The position numbers and the translations under genes are program-made. Source: Vicugna vicugna (taxonomy: Eukaryota). Taken from it: a DNA stretch of 64,000 nt. The stretch lies in the NCBI GenBank assembly GCA_013265495.1, contig MU058591.1:62001-126000 (forward strand), in the 5' to 3' direction. This document shows, one piece after another, positions 25,711-39,197 of this stretch. The notes under the pieces are model-generated. The model ran no database searches, was not told the DNA's origin, and saw only the letters and a list, made by a program, of their open reading frames with translations. Each line of letters starts with the position of its first letter. The first letter of the stretch is position 1.

Positions 25711-26834
25711 GTTAAATTATTTTATCTTTACCCTTGCTGCTCTGAGTTGTCACTGCTCATTCAGAGACCAGGGTGAACTCCAGATTTGGGCAGACTTACC
25801 TGTAAATTTTATAGCTCACGATCTCTGGCCCTCTCCTAATCATTATTTCCCTGTACTGTCTAGTGACTATGATTTTTCTCAACTGTGTTTTATTGTTTTC
25901 ATTCTGCCAGAAAGATACTAGATTTTTTGTTGTTGTTGTTGTTAGGGTTTTAGCTGCCCTGTGAGCACAAACTTCAAGCTAAGGATGCATCTTTTAGTTA
26001 TCTTGTTACGGTATGAGAAATGACCTAAATTTATTATTATGCAAACAGAAGTCATTTGTCCAAGTACTATACATAGAATAATTCATTGGAAATGCTAGTG
26101 TTTGCCTTCCAGTAGCTTTTATGTCATGCTATTTTAGGTGTCTTCAAGATCTATGTCTCCATATTATACAAATTTTCAGTTTGGCTGTGTTTTTTGAAAA
26201 CCTGTTCAATATATCTTTCTTAAATCTTAAAAAAAATCAGTGGTATATATTAGATTATAATATGAAATTGCAATAATAGCTCTGCTAATATCTATACATT
26301 CATAAACCTTTGTCATTTTATTTGAGTGTCAATTTCTTTTTTGAGTGACTAAATTTTTTCAAACTTTACACGTTCTAATATACTTTAGTTCTGTTCAGTT
26401 TACAGAATCTTTTGTCTGTAACTTCACTAGCAATAATAAATGTTACTATGATTATTCTTTCTCAGCCCAAGCTTCTAATTTTTAGAATCAATAAATTTGG
26501 TTTTAACCAAGTCCTATAATTATCAAAAATAGTCTATATGGCTTCCCATGAACCTGTTTACCTCTTCCGTAGATATCTGTAGAGCTTTTATGTTTTGTGT
26601 ATAGAAACCAAACAGCTAGTTATCAATAATCTGTACAGGTGAAATATAAAATTATATTTAAGTAATTTACAGTTCATAAATCAGTTATATGTGTGTAATT
26701 ACATTTCAACTTACATGATTTCTGAGACAAATAAGACTTTAGAATGCTGAAATCATATCTTCCAAGTAAAACAATGATTTTAGATGGCTCTACATCTAAG
26801 GACAAAGGGGATATAATTTATTTTCCTTTCTCTT

Positions 26835-28825
26835 TCTTTATTGAGATAATTGGCATATAAAATTGTAAGATATTTAAAGTGTACATCGTGGTGATTTAAC
26901 ATGTATATACATTGTGAAATAGTTTCCTCCACCTTGTTAATTAACAAGCATATCCTTCACCTCACATATTTATCCTACTTTTTTTTTTGGTGAGATCATT
27001 TAACTTCTACCATCTTAGTAAGTTTCAGTTATACCATACAATGTTATCAGCTGTGGTCACCATGTTTTACATTAGATCCTCAGAACTTAGATTTGAAAGT
27101 TTGTCCTTTTGACCACCTTCAACCATTTCTTCCACCCTCCACCTCTAGCAACCACTTTTCTATCCCTGTTTCTATAGATTCCACATTTGAGTGATACCAT
27201 ACAGTATTTGTTTTTCGATTCCTTACTTCACTTAGTATAATGCCCTCAAGGACCATCCACGTTGTCACAAATGAAAGGATTTCCTTTTTTTTTATCCTGG
27301 CTGAAGGTATTTGAGTGTGTGTGTGTGCGCGTGTGTATGAGGTATATATCTCACGTATTCTTTATCCATCCATCCTTTCATCTGTTGTTGGACACAGGTT
27401 TTTCTCCGTATATTAGCTGTTAAGTACATTGCTGAAATGAACATGTCATTGCAGCTCTCTCTCTCGTACCCTGTTTCTAATTTCCTCTGGATATATACCA
27501 AGAAATGGCTTACCGGATTATGTGGTAGTTTTACTTAATTCTTGAGAAACCTCCACACTGTTTTCACAGTGGCTGCACTAATTTACGTTTCTACCAACAA
27601 TGCAAAGGTATTTCCTTTTTTCCACACCCTCACCAACACTTGTTATCACTTGTCTTTTTTATAATAGCTATTCCAATAGATGTGAAGTGGTTTTGATTTG
27701 CATTTCTCTGATAATTATTGATGTTGAATCACATTTAATATATATGCTGTCCATTTGTATGTTTTCTTTGGGCAAATGTCTGTTCGGTTCCTCTGTGCAT
27801 TTTTTAATTGGACTATTTTTCCCCCTGTTGAGTTGTATAGTTTTTATATTCTTTGGATATTAACGCCTTATCAGATATGTGGTTTGCAAATATTTTCTCC
27901 CATCCCATAGATCCCTTTTTCATTTTGTTAATGGTTTCCTTTGCTGTGCAAAAGCTTTTTTTGTTTGATGTAGCCCCACATGTTTATTTCTGTTTTTGTG
28001 GCCTTTGCGTTTGGTGTCAATCCAAAAAATCATAGCGAAGAGACTGTCAAGGAGCTTATCCTCTATGTTTTCTTCTAGTTTAGTGGTTTCAAGTCTTATA
28101 TTTAAGTCTTTAACCAATTTTAACTTGGTTTTGTGTACAGTGTCAGAAACAGGCCCAATATTTTTTGCATGTGGTTGTCCAGTTTTCCTAGCATCATTTG
28201 TTGAATAGACTGTCCATTTCTGTTTGTATATTCTTAGTTCCTTAGTCATAAATTAATTGACCAAACATGCATGGGTTTCTTTCTGAACTCTCCATTTGGT
28301 TCCATTTATCTGTGTGTATATTTTTATGCCAATACCATATTGTTTGGATGACTATAACTGTATTATGTAATATAGTAGCTTTGAAATCACGAAGTGTGAT
28401 GCCTCCAGCTTTGTTCTTTATCAAGATTGCTTTGACTATTTGGGTTTTTTTGTTGTTCATAAAATTTTAGGGTATTTTTTCCTGTTTCTATGAAAAATGC
28501 CATTGGAATTTTGATAGGGATTTCCCTGAGTCTCTATATTGCTTTGAATAGTATGGAAATTTAACTATATTAACTCTTCCAGTATATGAGCATTGAATAT
28601 CTTTCCGTATACCTGTGTATTCTTCAGTTTCTTTCATCAATGTCTTATTGTTTTCAGTGTACAAGTAACTCACCTCCTTGGTTAAATATATTCCAAATTA
28701 TTTTATTCTTTTTGATGCAATTGTAAATGGGATTATTTTCTTAATTTCTCTTTTTAATAATTTGTTACTAGTGTATAGAAAGACAACAGATTTTTTGCAT
28801 ATTGATTTTTGTATTCTAAAACTTA
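26835..28825 (-). mobile_element. LINE-1 3' ~2 kb (ORF2 C-terminal part plus 3' UTR), frameshifted
   Basis: ORFs 28488-28673, 28242-28460 (KAGGITLRDFK...WYWHKN...DKWNQME...GQLIYD) and 27920-28249 (KDLNIRLET...LEENI) are L1 ORF2 pieces. Confidence 0.95.
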
Positions 28826-28835
28826 ATATCATAAG

Positions 28836-29005
28836 TAGATAATGGATGATGAATAAATAGGTAGATTAAATAGAAAAATAATGGTTAGATAGATAAATAG
28901 ATGTTAAAAAATGGATGGATGGATGAGTGATTGGATAGATAGATAAACGATAGATGATAAGTAATAGATAAATATAGATAGTTGGTATATAAATAGATAG
29001 GTAAC
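28836..29005. repeat. Degenerate (GATA)n/(GGAT)n simple repeat
   Basis: Runs of TAGATAGATA and ATGGATGGATGG are directly visible. Confidence 0.8.
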
Positions 29006-30159
29006 TAGAGGTGTTTCTGTCTTTAAAATGGGTAATACTGCACTTAATACCCCCATTTGATAGTTGTAAATAATAGCCCAAGGAAATGTTTGTAGGTTTC
29101 TTTGTAAAATACAAAGTCTTGCATAAATATGAAGTGTCTAAAGTGAGACAAATATAGAGAAAGCATAATTCAAGTACAAAGTGTGATACAAATATTTACT
29201 TCTTGCAGACTTTCAGGGGTAAAAAAAAAAGAAATTAATAAATATGCTGTGCTGGGAAACATCCCCTTTAGTGTCCCACTGGGTTGCCTAGAGGCGTAAA
29301 ATATGCCCATTCTTTTCTTAACATGGAAAACTACACCTGCTGTGATTGTTTCTTAATGAACTAGCCCTTAAAAAAATTTAGCCTAGTGACTCCAAGTTGA
29401 CTAGGAACTGGAAAGAGAATAGCCCCTCTAATTTTCCTAAATTTAGCAGCCACTAATTGCATGGAAAGCCCCCCACTTCCTTTGCTGATTACCTTTAAGT
29501 GCTCCATGAGAGAAGGTGCTAATGAGATTTTCTTTTCCTTCCTCTTTTTTTTTTTTCAAACAGCACTATTAATGCTGGTGTATTATCCAAGATTTAGTCC
29601 ACTAACTCTAGCCCAGTCTATTTCTTTTCACATATGTACAGAAGGTGATTTTGTTTTATGGAAGATGAGGATTAATCCTCAAGTGAAGATGCTTTATTTC
29701 TATCATTAATGAACAAATTGCTATTTTACAAGGTTCGGTTGTAAGAGATGAGCTGTTCCTTTCTGGTTATTTAGAGGCCCTTTAGGCTTTCTTTGGGGAT
29801 CTCATTACTTTCTACAGTGCTTCAAAAAGAGATTAAAGGGTCCTAAAGGATGCTAGCATATACATAAAACTGAATATGTTATTCTTCTCAAATAAAGAAT
29901 GAGGAAAAAGTAACTGGAGGTATGTTGTTAGGGAGCCACATAAAAACCTAAAATATTTTATCTATGTTAGGGTTATGGCACCTGATTCCACTATGAAACA
30001 CTCATGGATAATTTTCTTTATTTATTGAACTTTTAAAAGTTACTAGAACATAGTAGTGACTATTATAGCAAATTTTGGTCAATTTTGATTACCAATTCAT
30101 GAATTACTGTGTACCACGACTCATTTATCATTATCAGAATTCTTACCATCATCATCATC

Positions 30160-30360
30160 TTCACAATAGTTAACACTTAAATAATTAGTATACCCTTAGC
30201 ACTATGCTATGATTTACATTCTTCATTTCATTTAATCCACTGAATAACCCTATGGCATTGTTAACACTTATGCCCATTCATAAATGAGGGAACTGATGTC
30301 ACATGTGAGTGATTATGAAGACATACATGGAAACTAGGTGTGTCCAACTGGAGTCCACCA
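30160..30360 (-). mobile_element. MIR SINE
   Basis: CATTTCATTTAATCC...AATAACCCTATG...CCCATTCATAAATGAGGGAACTGA is the antisense MIR core. Confidence 0.6.
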
Positions 30361-30724
30361 TCATGCCTATTTTGTTTTCACAAACAAGGGTGGAAACTCA
30401 GACAATACCCTCTTAGATCCATTGACTGAGACTGAACTCTGCCACTAAACCATCGTTTTTTGTGTCAATTAGTCACAGTCCATTTGGAGGTAGATTTCAT
30501 GGCAGGCAATTACTAGGTTGGCTGAGCAAACATAGGATTTGATTAAGCAGGAAGTACATTCAATGGCTGATTTTTTATTCACATGTAGTGATCCTTAGCC
30601 TGTGGACTGTGACATCAGAACTTCCTATCTGACAGTAGAAACCACCTCTCTGTCTGCATAGGGATATTAGCCAGGGTCTTTTTTCTCAAGCTGGATTAAA
30701 AAATAAATGAATAAAAAACAAAGT

Positions 30725-30905
30725 ATAATTTATTGAGAGTTTATTATGTGCCACCTACTATTATAAATACTCTACATAAATTCTCCCACTTATTAATTCA
30801 ACAATTTCATTTAATAGTATAAGGGAAAGGAGTCACAAAAAAGTTAAGTAACATATCCAAAATCACATGATGCATGACAGAGCCAAGATTTTAACTTAGA
30901 CAATC
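30725..30905 (-). mobile_element. MIR SINE
   Basis: TTTATTGAGAGTTTATTATGTGCCA...AAGTTAAGTAACATATCCAAAATCACA...CAGAGCCAAGATTT. Confidence 0.6.
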
Positions 30906-31599
30906 AGTTTGAGTCAGGAAGTCTTGCAACAGCAACAAATCAGCCATGATGATCAGAAGAATTACCTCTGTAGTTTATTCAATTATGTGTAGTGTGTCTT
31001 ACCTTAAAGATGCACTCAGACAAGCCTTTTATTTAGGAAATTATTTCTAACCAAAGTTGCTATGAAATCATAGCAAGCCTGCACCATCTGCTTTTTAAAG
31101 TTTGAATCCATTAGGTGACCTGTTCTCCCCAATTCCTGCTTCCACCTCAGACCAAAATTGACATCACCTGCCTGTGTTTTAGTCTTCAGAATACCTACTG
31201 CATGAAGAGCTGTACACAAAAGATCAGCAGTCTCTCTTGATGTTATGTTCATGATATCAGATTGTAAGCCAAATTACTCAGACATTTGAGAGGTGTATAA
31301 TAACTGAGTGATATTGGGTTCTGAGCAAACCGTCTATTAAATAGCAGTAAGCGTGATACAAATCCCCAAAATACTTACCATTGAATCTGATGTTGCAGTA
31401 CATGGGTAACAGTTTCTTAAGCAGTGATCAGAAAGATTTTGTAAAATAATATTTAGAGAGAATAGAATACATATATTATGTTTTATTACATATTATATAT
31501 AAATAAATATGTGTTAAATTATTTGTATATATGTATATGCAGAGATTATCATATATATTATAGTTACTAGTCATTTGTCACTTACATATTAGGTAAATA

Positions 31600-32740
31600 C
31601 TTTTATATGGCTCTTTTTAAAAGTTATTATTTATTTGCTTAATGAATATTTTCATTTTAATATCAAATTGATCAATCATTTCTTTTAAGGTATGGGCTTT
31701 CTTGATACTGTTTTAAAAATTTTTTCCTACTCAGACATAATAAATATATTCATATTTTTTCCAAATGTTTAATACTTTTGCTTTTTATATATTAATTTTT
31801 TATACATTTGGGAAAAATTATAATGTAAGATTCCAATTCCATTTTCTTCCCTAATGGAAATCAGGTATTGAAGTCTTATTTATTAAATTGTCAGTTATTT
31901 TTCTATGCTTTTGTGTGGATAGAGACCTATTTTTGAGCTTTCTATTCTGTTGTATTAGTCATTTTGTTCTACTGCTGTGCTAACATATTTCTTGATATCT
32001 CCTCACTTTCAAAGATTTCTTGGTCGTTCATGACTGTTATTCCATATAAATTTTAAAATCAGTTTCTCAAATTTAGCAATAATTCACCCAAATTTGGGAG
32101 AAGAGTAAGCATTGTATGATCTCTGTTAATCAATTTAGAGAGAGTTAATTTATTTAAAATATACCTATGACTATGGTATATTTCTTCATTATTTAAGTTG
32201 ATATAATGGCTTTTAATAAAATATGTAATTGTTACTATAAACAAATATTGTCTGCATTTTGTTAAATGTATTCATCACACTTGTATATTATGTGATATCT
32301 GATAAATATAATATATAATGGATAATACATAACATAGCATATGTATACGTATATAAACATATGTGTATTTTGAGAGACTATATATTATAACAAATACATA
32401 TTTGCTACTAGAAATTGCATACCAACACACATATGCTTTGGGAAATTAAAAAAAAACTTCTAAACTATTCTTCTGTAGTATTTGTTGCATTGTATGGAAA
32501 TGCAATTAATATTTATATTACTCATATTTCTAACAATCTTGTTAAAATCTTTTATTAATTCTAAAATTCTGCCACCTAATTCTTTTGCATTTTCACATAA
32601 ACAAAAATGTCTTATGTGATTGGCAATTCTGTTTCTTCCTTTAAAATCTTTACCTTGTATTTACTTTCCTTGGATTTATTGCACAATCCAATAAAATTTG
32701 TGATATTAGCCCTTTTTCTTGTACCCAAATTTAATCAAAT
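31600..32740 (-). mobile_element. Very decayed L1ME-like ORF2 fragment
   Basis: T-rich, with TTCTATTCTGTTGTATTAGTC and TTCCATATAAATTTTAAAATCAG. Confidence 0.6.
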
Positions 32741-33368
32741 GCCTAGAGAAATGGGACCCATCTGTTGAAACTGGACAATCTATCACCTAGTCATAAGATT
32801 AGTTTTATCCAAAATTCTCCAAAATACATGATATAAAATTGAATACTGTCTTTTTTTCATCTTCCAATTTCCTGGAGTTTTCTTTTGCTACCCATCTAAA
32901 CTTCAACATTCTGGTGCTCTACTACATTCCTCAATATGACATACCATGCCCTAGTTCACTTATCTTTCTTCCTGAATTTCTAACCTTATTTCATTAAAAG
33001 TTTCTGTTAAAGGTAAATATTTTCCTTACAGTGCTGAATATATATTTATAATCTCACACACTTGTTTGATTATTTAATTGACATAAGTTTAGATTCTCTC
33101 TGGATTTGATGTTTTCTTGAAAATCTGATGTTATAATTGTCTTCAAAAAAACTCTTTAGTTCCCTTTAAAAATCAATTTTTAAAAAATATATATAGATCT
33201 GAAATGCAGTTCAGAACCTACTAGAAAGAATTGTCTTTGGCTCTCTTCAGTTTATATGCAGTCTATACGTAGAAATGTATTTTAGATGGTATGAAGGTTA
33301 TTCGTTTTCTTAAGCCTTTAAATCTTTAAACATAGAGGCAATATTCAATTTTATTATATTGTGTTTTT

Positions 33369-33495
33369 GAAGACATTTTTCCCCCATTGGGGAGGTAATT
33401 AGGTTTATTTATCTGTAGAGGAGGTACTGGGGATTGAACCCAGGTCCTTGTGCATGCTAAGCATGCGCTCTACCACTTGAGCTATACCCTCTCCT
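33369..33495 (-). mobile_element. tRNA-derived SINE of camelid type, with 15-bp TSD
   Basis: The minus strand has a tRNA-like head (GGGTATAGCTCAAGTGGTAGAGCGCATGCTTAGCATGCACAAGGACCTGGGTTCAATCCCCAG, with A and B boxes). Exact TSD TTATATTGTGTTTTT at 33354-33368 and 33496-33510. Confidence 0.9.
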
Positions 33496-35547
33496 TTATA
33501 TTGTGTTTTTAACTTTGACAAAAATCTTACAAAAGAAACCATAGATATAGAATTAACAAAATAATGAGATGCTACAGGAATAGCATTTTAACCATCTTGC
33601 ATAAATTCCTTCCACAACATGTATTAATTTTCTTAGTAGCATTCTGCAATGAATTTTTTATATCAAAGATGTTTTTACAGAGATACAAAGTTTTGACCAT
33701 TTTTGAATGAAGCAATTATCAATGAAGATCCATATTCCAACCAATTTCCTGGCTCATAATGCATTCAAAAGGGAGTTTTATTTTCAATTAGATGTCAGTA
33801 GGAGGTAAAACATACTACAGATATATACATATATAAAAAAAGTAGAATCATTACAGTTCCTCTCTGCCAGAAATATGACTTTCTCTTTGAAGGAATGAAA
33901 GATAAGCATTCTAATTGTATCTTTGAATCACAAGACTGTTGAAAATACATTTGCAAGAATGAAAGGCAATTAAAATATTCCTGCTGAACCTGGTGTTTTT
34001 CTTTTTCCTTTTTCTTTTTTTATTACGACCATTTCTTTAGTTTGAATCATTTAGAGTTACATCATTATGTGAGATAGAGATGATAAAATAATAAAATGTC
34101 TTCTAGACAATGCAAAACTATTATTTTCCTTTTATTATTTTTTGTTTGCTTTTACTCTTTTTGTATAATCAATTAATAAAGAACTAGGTCAGTTACATTG
34201 TTCATTGAAGAATTCTTCATAATATGAGGTTGTATCCAAATAACCTTTAAAGGAATATGTCCCCTCTATTTGCGATGGAACAGTCTTCCATCTAGCCATA
34301 AGGATGCCAGGATCATCTTCTTTCTATTTTCTCTCTGGGTTGCACCTTTCTGTAACATCCAACAACTCAGAATGACTATGAACTGATGTCATGCTAGAAA
34401 TCTTATGTGTCTGTCATAAAAGAAGGATCACGACCTCAGTTTATGTAGGAACAGAGATGAAATAAGCTGTGATGACCCTCAGAATGTACTCTCAATTTTA
34501 TTCCACCGTTCTGAGTGCTGAAAAGATAGAGATTCACCCTGCTTCCAGCTCCTTCTAAAGTTGTCTTGATTAAATTTTCCTATAGGTTAGGGTAAACCCT
34601 TTTCCTATAAAAATTCTCCTCTCTAGGTAAAGTTAACTACATGGATGATTTAAAAAATATTTAAGGGATGAATGATTAAAATGATAGCTGGCTGACTTTG
34701 GCTTACTTGATGGTATGCATTTAAACTCTTTTTAAATTACTTGTGTTTTTTTCCTATTGTCTCCAGTTGACATACCTTCAAATGAAGCACACGTATTTTG
34801 ATAAAGTCTAGAAATAAGTAGGGTAGATGGTCAGTAGGTAATTATCCATTGTTTTACCAGTTACCCTACCATCTAGCTCACCTGTATTTCACATTGATTT
34901 GTGATCAATTCATGAAAAATTTGCATGTTTATGCAAGTTTAAATTTAAAAACAATTCTTAGTGCCATTAATAAATATTCTTGAAAGTCTATAATTAATTT
35001 TCAATGTCTTTTACTAATTGTTAAGCTATGAAACTTTTTTTTGTCTTCAAAATACATGGAATGAATATTGTCATAGAGGCAAGTCATATGCTTCAAAAAC
35101 AAAGCAAACAAAAAACACTGTAAGGCCACATACCCCAGAGGGAAGACAGGTGATATCACCAACTAATGCCATAGAGTTCAGTAGGCAAAAATCATCTAAG
35201 AAAACTGGGATAAAATCATTGTCAGAACTTTAAATGGGATTTAGGAAAAATCAAAAAGTGCTATTTTATTTTTATGAAAATAAAATTATATATACATTTA
35301 CAATTTACATATTGCAAATTTGCAATTCAGTATACATGCATATAGTCATATATGTGCCTTTTCCTAAGTATCATATAGGGTCTAGAAAAATAAATGACTG
35401 TTAATGATAGTTATATTTAGGGCATGAGACTGTGTGAAGAGATTATTAACTTTATATTTTACTATAAATAAGGATATATTGTTTGATTTTGTTCTAGAAC
35501 ATGAAATAGGATATTTACAATTTTGAAACAAACAATAAAATTATATA

Positions 35548-36152
35548 CATCCCAAAAGTACAGGCTACAAAAGCAAAACTGGACAAGTGGAATTGCACCA
35601 AACTAAAAAGCTTCTGCACAGCCAAGGAAGAAATCAACAGAGTAAGGAGAAAATATTTGTAAACAGTACACCTGAGAAGGGGTTACTATCCAAAATATAT
35701 AAAGAGCTCAACAACAAGCAAAAAAAAAACAAAGCATGGGCAGAGAATCTGAATAGACATTTTTCCAAAGAAGACAAACAGATGGCCAATGGGCACATGC
35801 AAAGGTGTTCAGCATCGCTAATAATCAGGGATATGCAAATCAAGATCGCAATGAGAACTCTCACAACTGTTTGGGTTAGCTATTATCAAAAAGATAAATG
35901 CTGGTAAGGATATGGGGAAAAGGGAAACCTCGTGTACTAGTGTCCTCATGCACTGTTGGTCGGAATAAAAGTTGGTGCAGCCACTATGCAAAACAGTATA
36001 GAGGTTCTTCAATCAATTAAATTAATTAAAAAGAGAACTACCATATGATCCAACAATCCCACTTCTAGATATATATCAAAAAGAAACAAAACCATTCTCT
36101 TTAAGAGATATTTGTACTCCCATGTTCATTGCATCATTATTCACAATAGTCA
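35548..36152 (+). mobile_element. LINE-1 ORF2 C-terminal fragment
   Basis: ORF 35587-35907 contains LLSKIYKEL...[31 protein letters not shown]; downstream CCATATGATCCAACAATCCCACTTCT. Confidence 0.9.
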
Positions 36153-36364
36153 TATAATTTTTGTATGTTTGGAGTGGCAGAGATGTATCTTTTTTATGTT
36201 ATGTTTTATCTAATGTTAGTTACATTGAGTGTGTTAGCCACTTTAAGATTTAGTCTAATAGTATTAGCAGTGCATTTGCTCGAAGGAGTAAACTGTCTTT
36301 ATGTAGGAACATTTATCATGGATGCATTTGCTCATAAAAGTGAGGCCCTTGGGGTTAGGAAGGA

Positions 36365-36685
36365 TAGAGGAATGAATGTGTGAAGCACACAGGATTTTAG
36401 GGCAGTGAAATTACTCTGTATGTTACTATAATGGTGGGTGCACGTCATTGTGTATTTGTTAAAACCTATAGAATGTATAACACCAAGAGTGAAACCTTGT
36501 ATAAACTATGGACTTGAGAGGTGATGATATTTCAGTGTAGGTTTAGCAGTTGCAACAAATGTACTACTCTGATGGGGGATGTTAATAATGAGAGAAGCTC
36601 TGCATGTGTGAGGATAGGGTGTGTATAGGAAATCTCTGTACTTGGCACTCCATTTTTCTGTTAACCTAAAATTATTATTAAAAAG
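36365..36685 (+). mobile_element. L1MC-like 3' UTR fragment
   Basis: GGATTTTAGGGCAGTGAAA...ACCAAGAGTGAA...TAAACTATGGACTT...AACAAATGTAC...GGAAATCTCTGTAC. Confidence 0.8.
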
Positions 36686-38934
36686 AAGTCATATTAAAAT
36701 GAGGCCTTCTGCTGTTGGATTTCAAGGACCAGCTCTGAATTGGAAATTAACAGGAGTTGAGCAGAAAAATGGGAGGAGATCATAGGAAGCAAGTGCTGGG
36801 ATATGTTCTCAGAGATATGGTAATGAGACATTTGTAGTAGTAGGTATGGTCTAAGAACCTTACAAAATAGATATGTCCAATAATCACTTTTAGGTTGTTT
36901 GTAGAGTGGCACCATATTGTACTGTGTCTTTTGTCCCTTCATGTCTACAAGACATAAAATTTCATTGTGGTGAGCAGCAGTTAAAAAAAACAATTCTTGT
37001 AAGAAATTTTTACATTTTACATTTCTTATAAGATGATAAATTTAAATTTTTTTTTTTGTTCTGTGCTCCTTATTAGTATTAACAGATGAAAAAAAAAATG
37101 ACCAGGAGAGTTTGAGTCCTTGGGAATGAATTCACAGAAATCCTAGGTAAGGCATTGAAATTATCTAACACATTTAAATCCTAAAGAACTTCAAATGACA
37201 TCTGAAGTAGTTAAGCTTTGCTTAATAAAATTTTTTGGATGGCTAATATAAAATTTCCCCTTTTTATTGAAGTTTCTGATTTTCATTTGCAGTTTTTATT
37301 ATTTTATATCTAAATTCTGAGAGTTCATATCCCTGTGTACTCAATACATGTAGTTCTTTCTTTTTCTTTTATATATTACAGAAAAGTTTAAATTCCACAA
37401 CATTTAGGGAATATGCATCTTAGTCCCGATAAACATTTTACATTTCTTATAAGATGATAAATTTTAAATTTCAAGATTCTAATTCACGTTCATCATTTTC
37501 TCATTCACATATATAGTATTTATCCTTTGTACTTTAGTTTTTCTTCTGTAGAATGAGAACTATCATTATTTTCAGAGGTGGAAATTTTAAGGAAACTTTA
37601 AAAAATATGTTTGAGGAGTACTAGTGTCCTAAATTATTTGTGTTAAGTATTTTGGAAATGGTACTTACTATATCTTTTTCTAGATTTACAATGAATATTG
37701 TCACAATAAACGCATATTACAATAATTGTGAATCACTGTAATAATCTGAAATCTATTTAATTTTTCAATGTAATCCTTGCCTATTTATTTGAATATGAAA
37801 ATTATTTTTTCAGAATATATCTAAAATATTCTGCAGAATTTTGTTCTATCTGCATTGGACAGAATTTGGGAATCATTGTTCATAAGTTTTGGAGCAATAT
37901 GCCATCAAGTTTCCATATATATATATATATATTACACATCAGTATAATACTCTTTTTTTGTTCATACTTATTTCTCTTTTAGAATCCTTATGGTACCCTC
38001 TTTCAATAATTCTAAGTTGCTTCTGATGCAAATGTTTTAGAAACTTATTAGCTGTTTTTCATAAATTGATATTGAAATATTGAAATATTAAAATCTTGTC
38101 TCTCATTTGACCAGAAGTATGCTAAAACCACATTTATATTTCTAGATTATTCAGTTAGTTATCACAGTGTCTCGCTAGACACTCTATTTTCTGTCCTCAT
38201 TGTTGGTAACATCATCTGTTCAAATGCTGGAAGCAGTATGAAAAAGACTTCACAGGCTATTAATATTGCTATACTAAAAATATTCCTTTTCAAATAACAT
38301 TTTGGTTTCAAAAAGCACTCATTGTATGAGTTAGTCACCATTATTAAATGCCAAAAATTGGTGATTGGTGACATTCCTTGCTTGGCAATACAAACTGAGG
38401 GAAAGTAGGAAAAATATTTTCCCAAATGAGTACATTTCTGTTCTCTATGGAAACCAAAGCAGCCATGCCAAGATACTTTGTTTGGCATACATAACAATCA
38501 GAAAACCCAACTCATAAAGTTTCAAATGTTCTTTCTGTTAACACTGACAGCTTTTTGTCAGAGTTGTGTGAGGACACCATGGAAACTTTCTACTTTGGTT
38601 ATTACCAGTTCTATCGTGTTGATGCAAAATTGAAATGGAGAAGATTGCATGTAGTGAAATTTTACATTTGCAGATAGAATAATCAATTAAAATTGTGTTT
38701 TAGGAAAGTAATCATTTTATTATCTTTCTCTCTCTCTCTCTCTCTTTTTTTACATACAACATCTGTTTAAAAATATCCTGCAGCCAGTGTGTCCAGACAC
38801 TGTTAGGTAGCAATAATTTTGCTACCTCTATATATATATGGCAGTTTGACCATAATGTTTTTTATTCGGGGTTTGTTCAGTTAAATAATACAGTCTTATT
38901 TTTTCCTTACTACCTTGAATACACATCATAATTT

Positions 38935-39190
38935 CAACATTGAATCAACTTTTTATGGCTGAGTAGAGTAGTACCCCATTGTATATATCTATATATACTA
39001 CATTTTCCTTATCCATTCGTCTATTGGTGGACACTTAGGTTGCTTCCATATCTTGGCAGTTATAAATAATGCTGCTAGGAACATTGAGGTGCATGTATGT
39101 TTTTGAATTAGTGTTTCTGTTTTCTTCTGATGTTCTTCCTGATACCTAGGAGTGGAATTGCTAGGTCATATGGTAGTTCTATTTTTAAAA
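38935..39190 (-). mobile_element. LINE-1 3' fragment
   Basis: TTTTATGGCTGAGTAG...GGACACTTAGGTTGCTTCCATATCTTGGC...GGAATTGCTAGGTCATATGGTAGTTCTATTTTT. Confidence 0.85.
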
Positions 39191-39197
39191 TGAAGAT

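Noticed and set aside
27920..28673. Protein-like minus-strand ORFs
   Set aside because: Frameshifted LINE-1 ORF2 remnants, not host genes. The same applies to 22213-22829, 35587-35907 and 49164-49475.
31016..31252. 78-aa ATG-initiated minus-strand ORF
   Set aside because: No recognisable homology, the length is within chance expectation, and the nearby splice signals do not give an open exon.
33421..33490. tRNA-like sequence
   Set aside because: It is the head of a SINE with a tail and TSD, not a tRNA gene.
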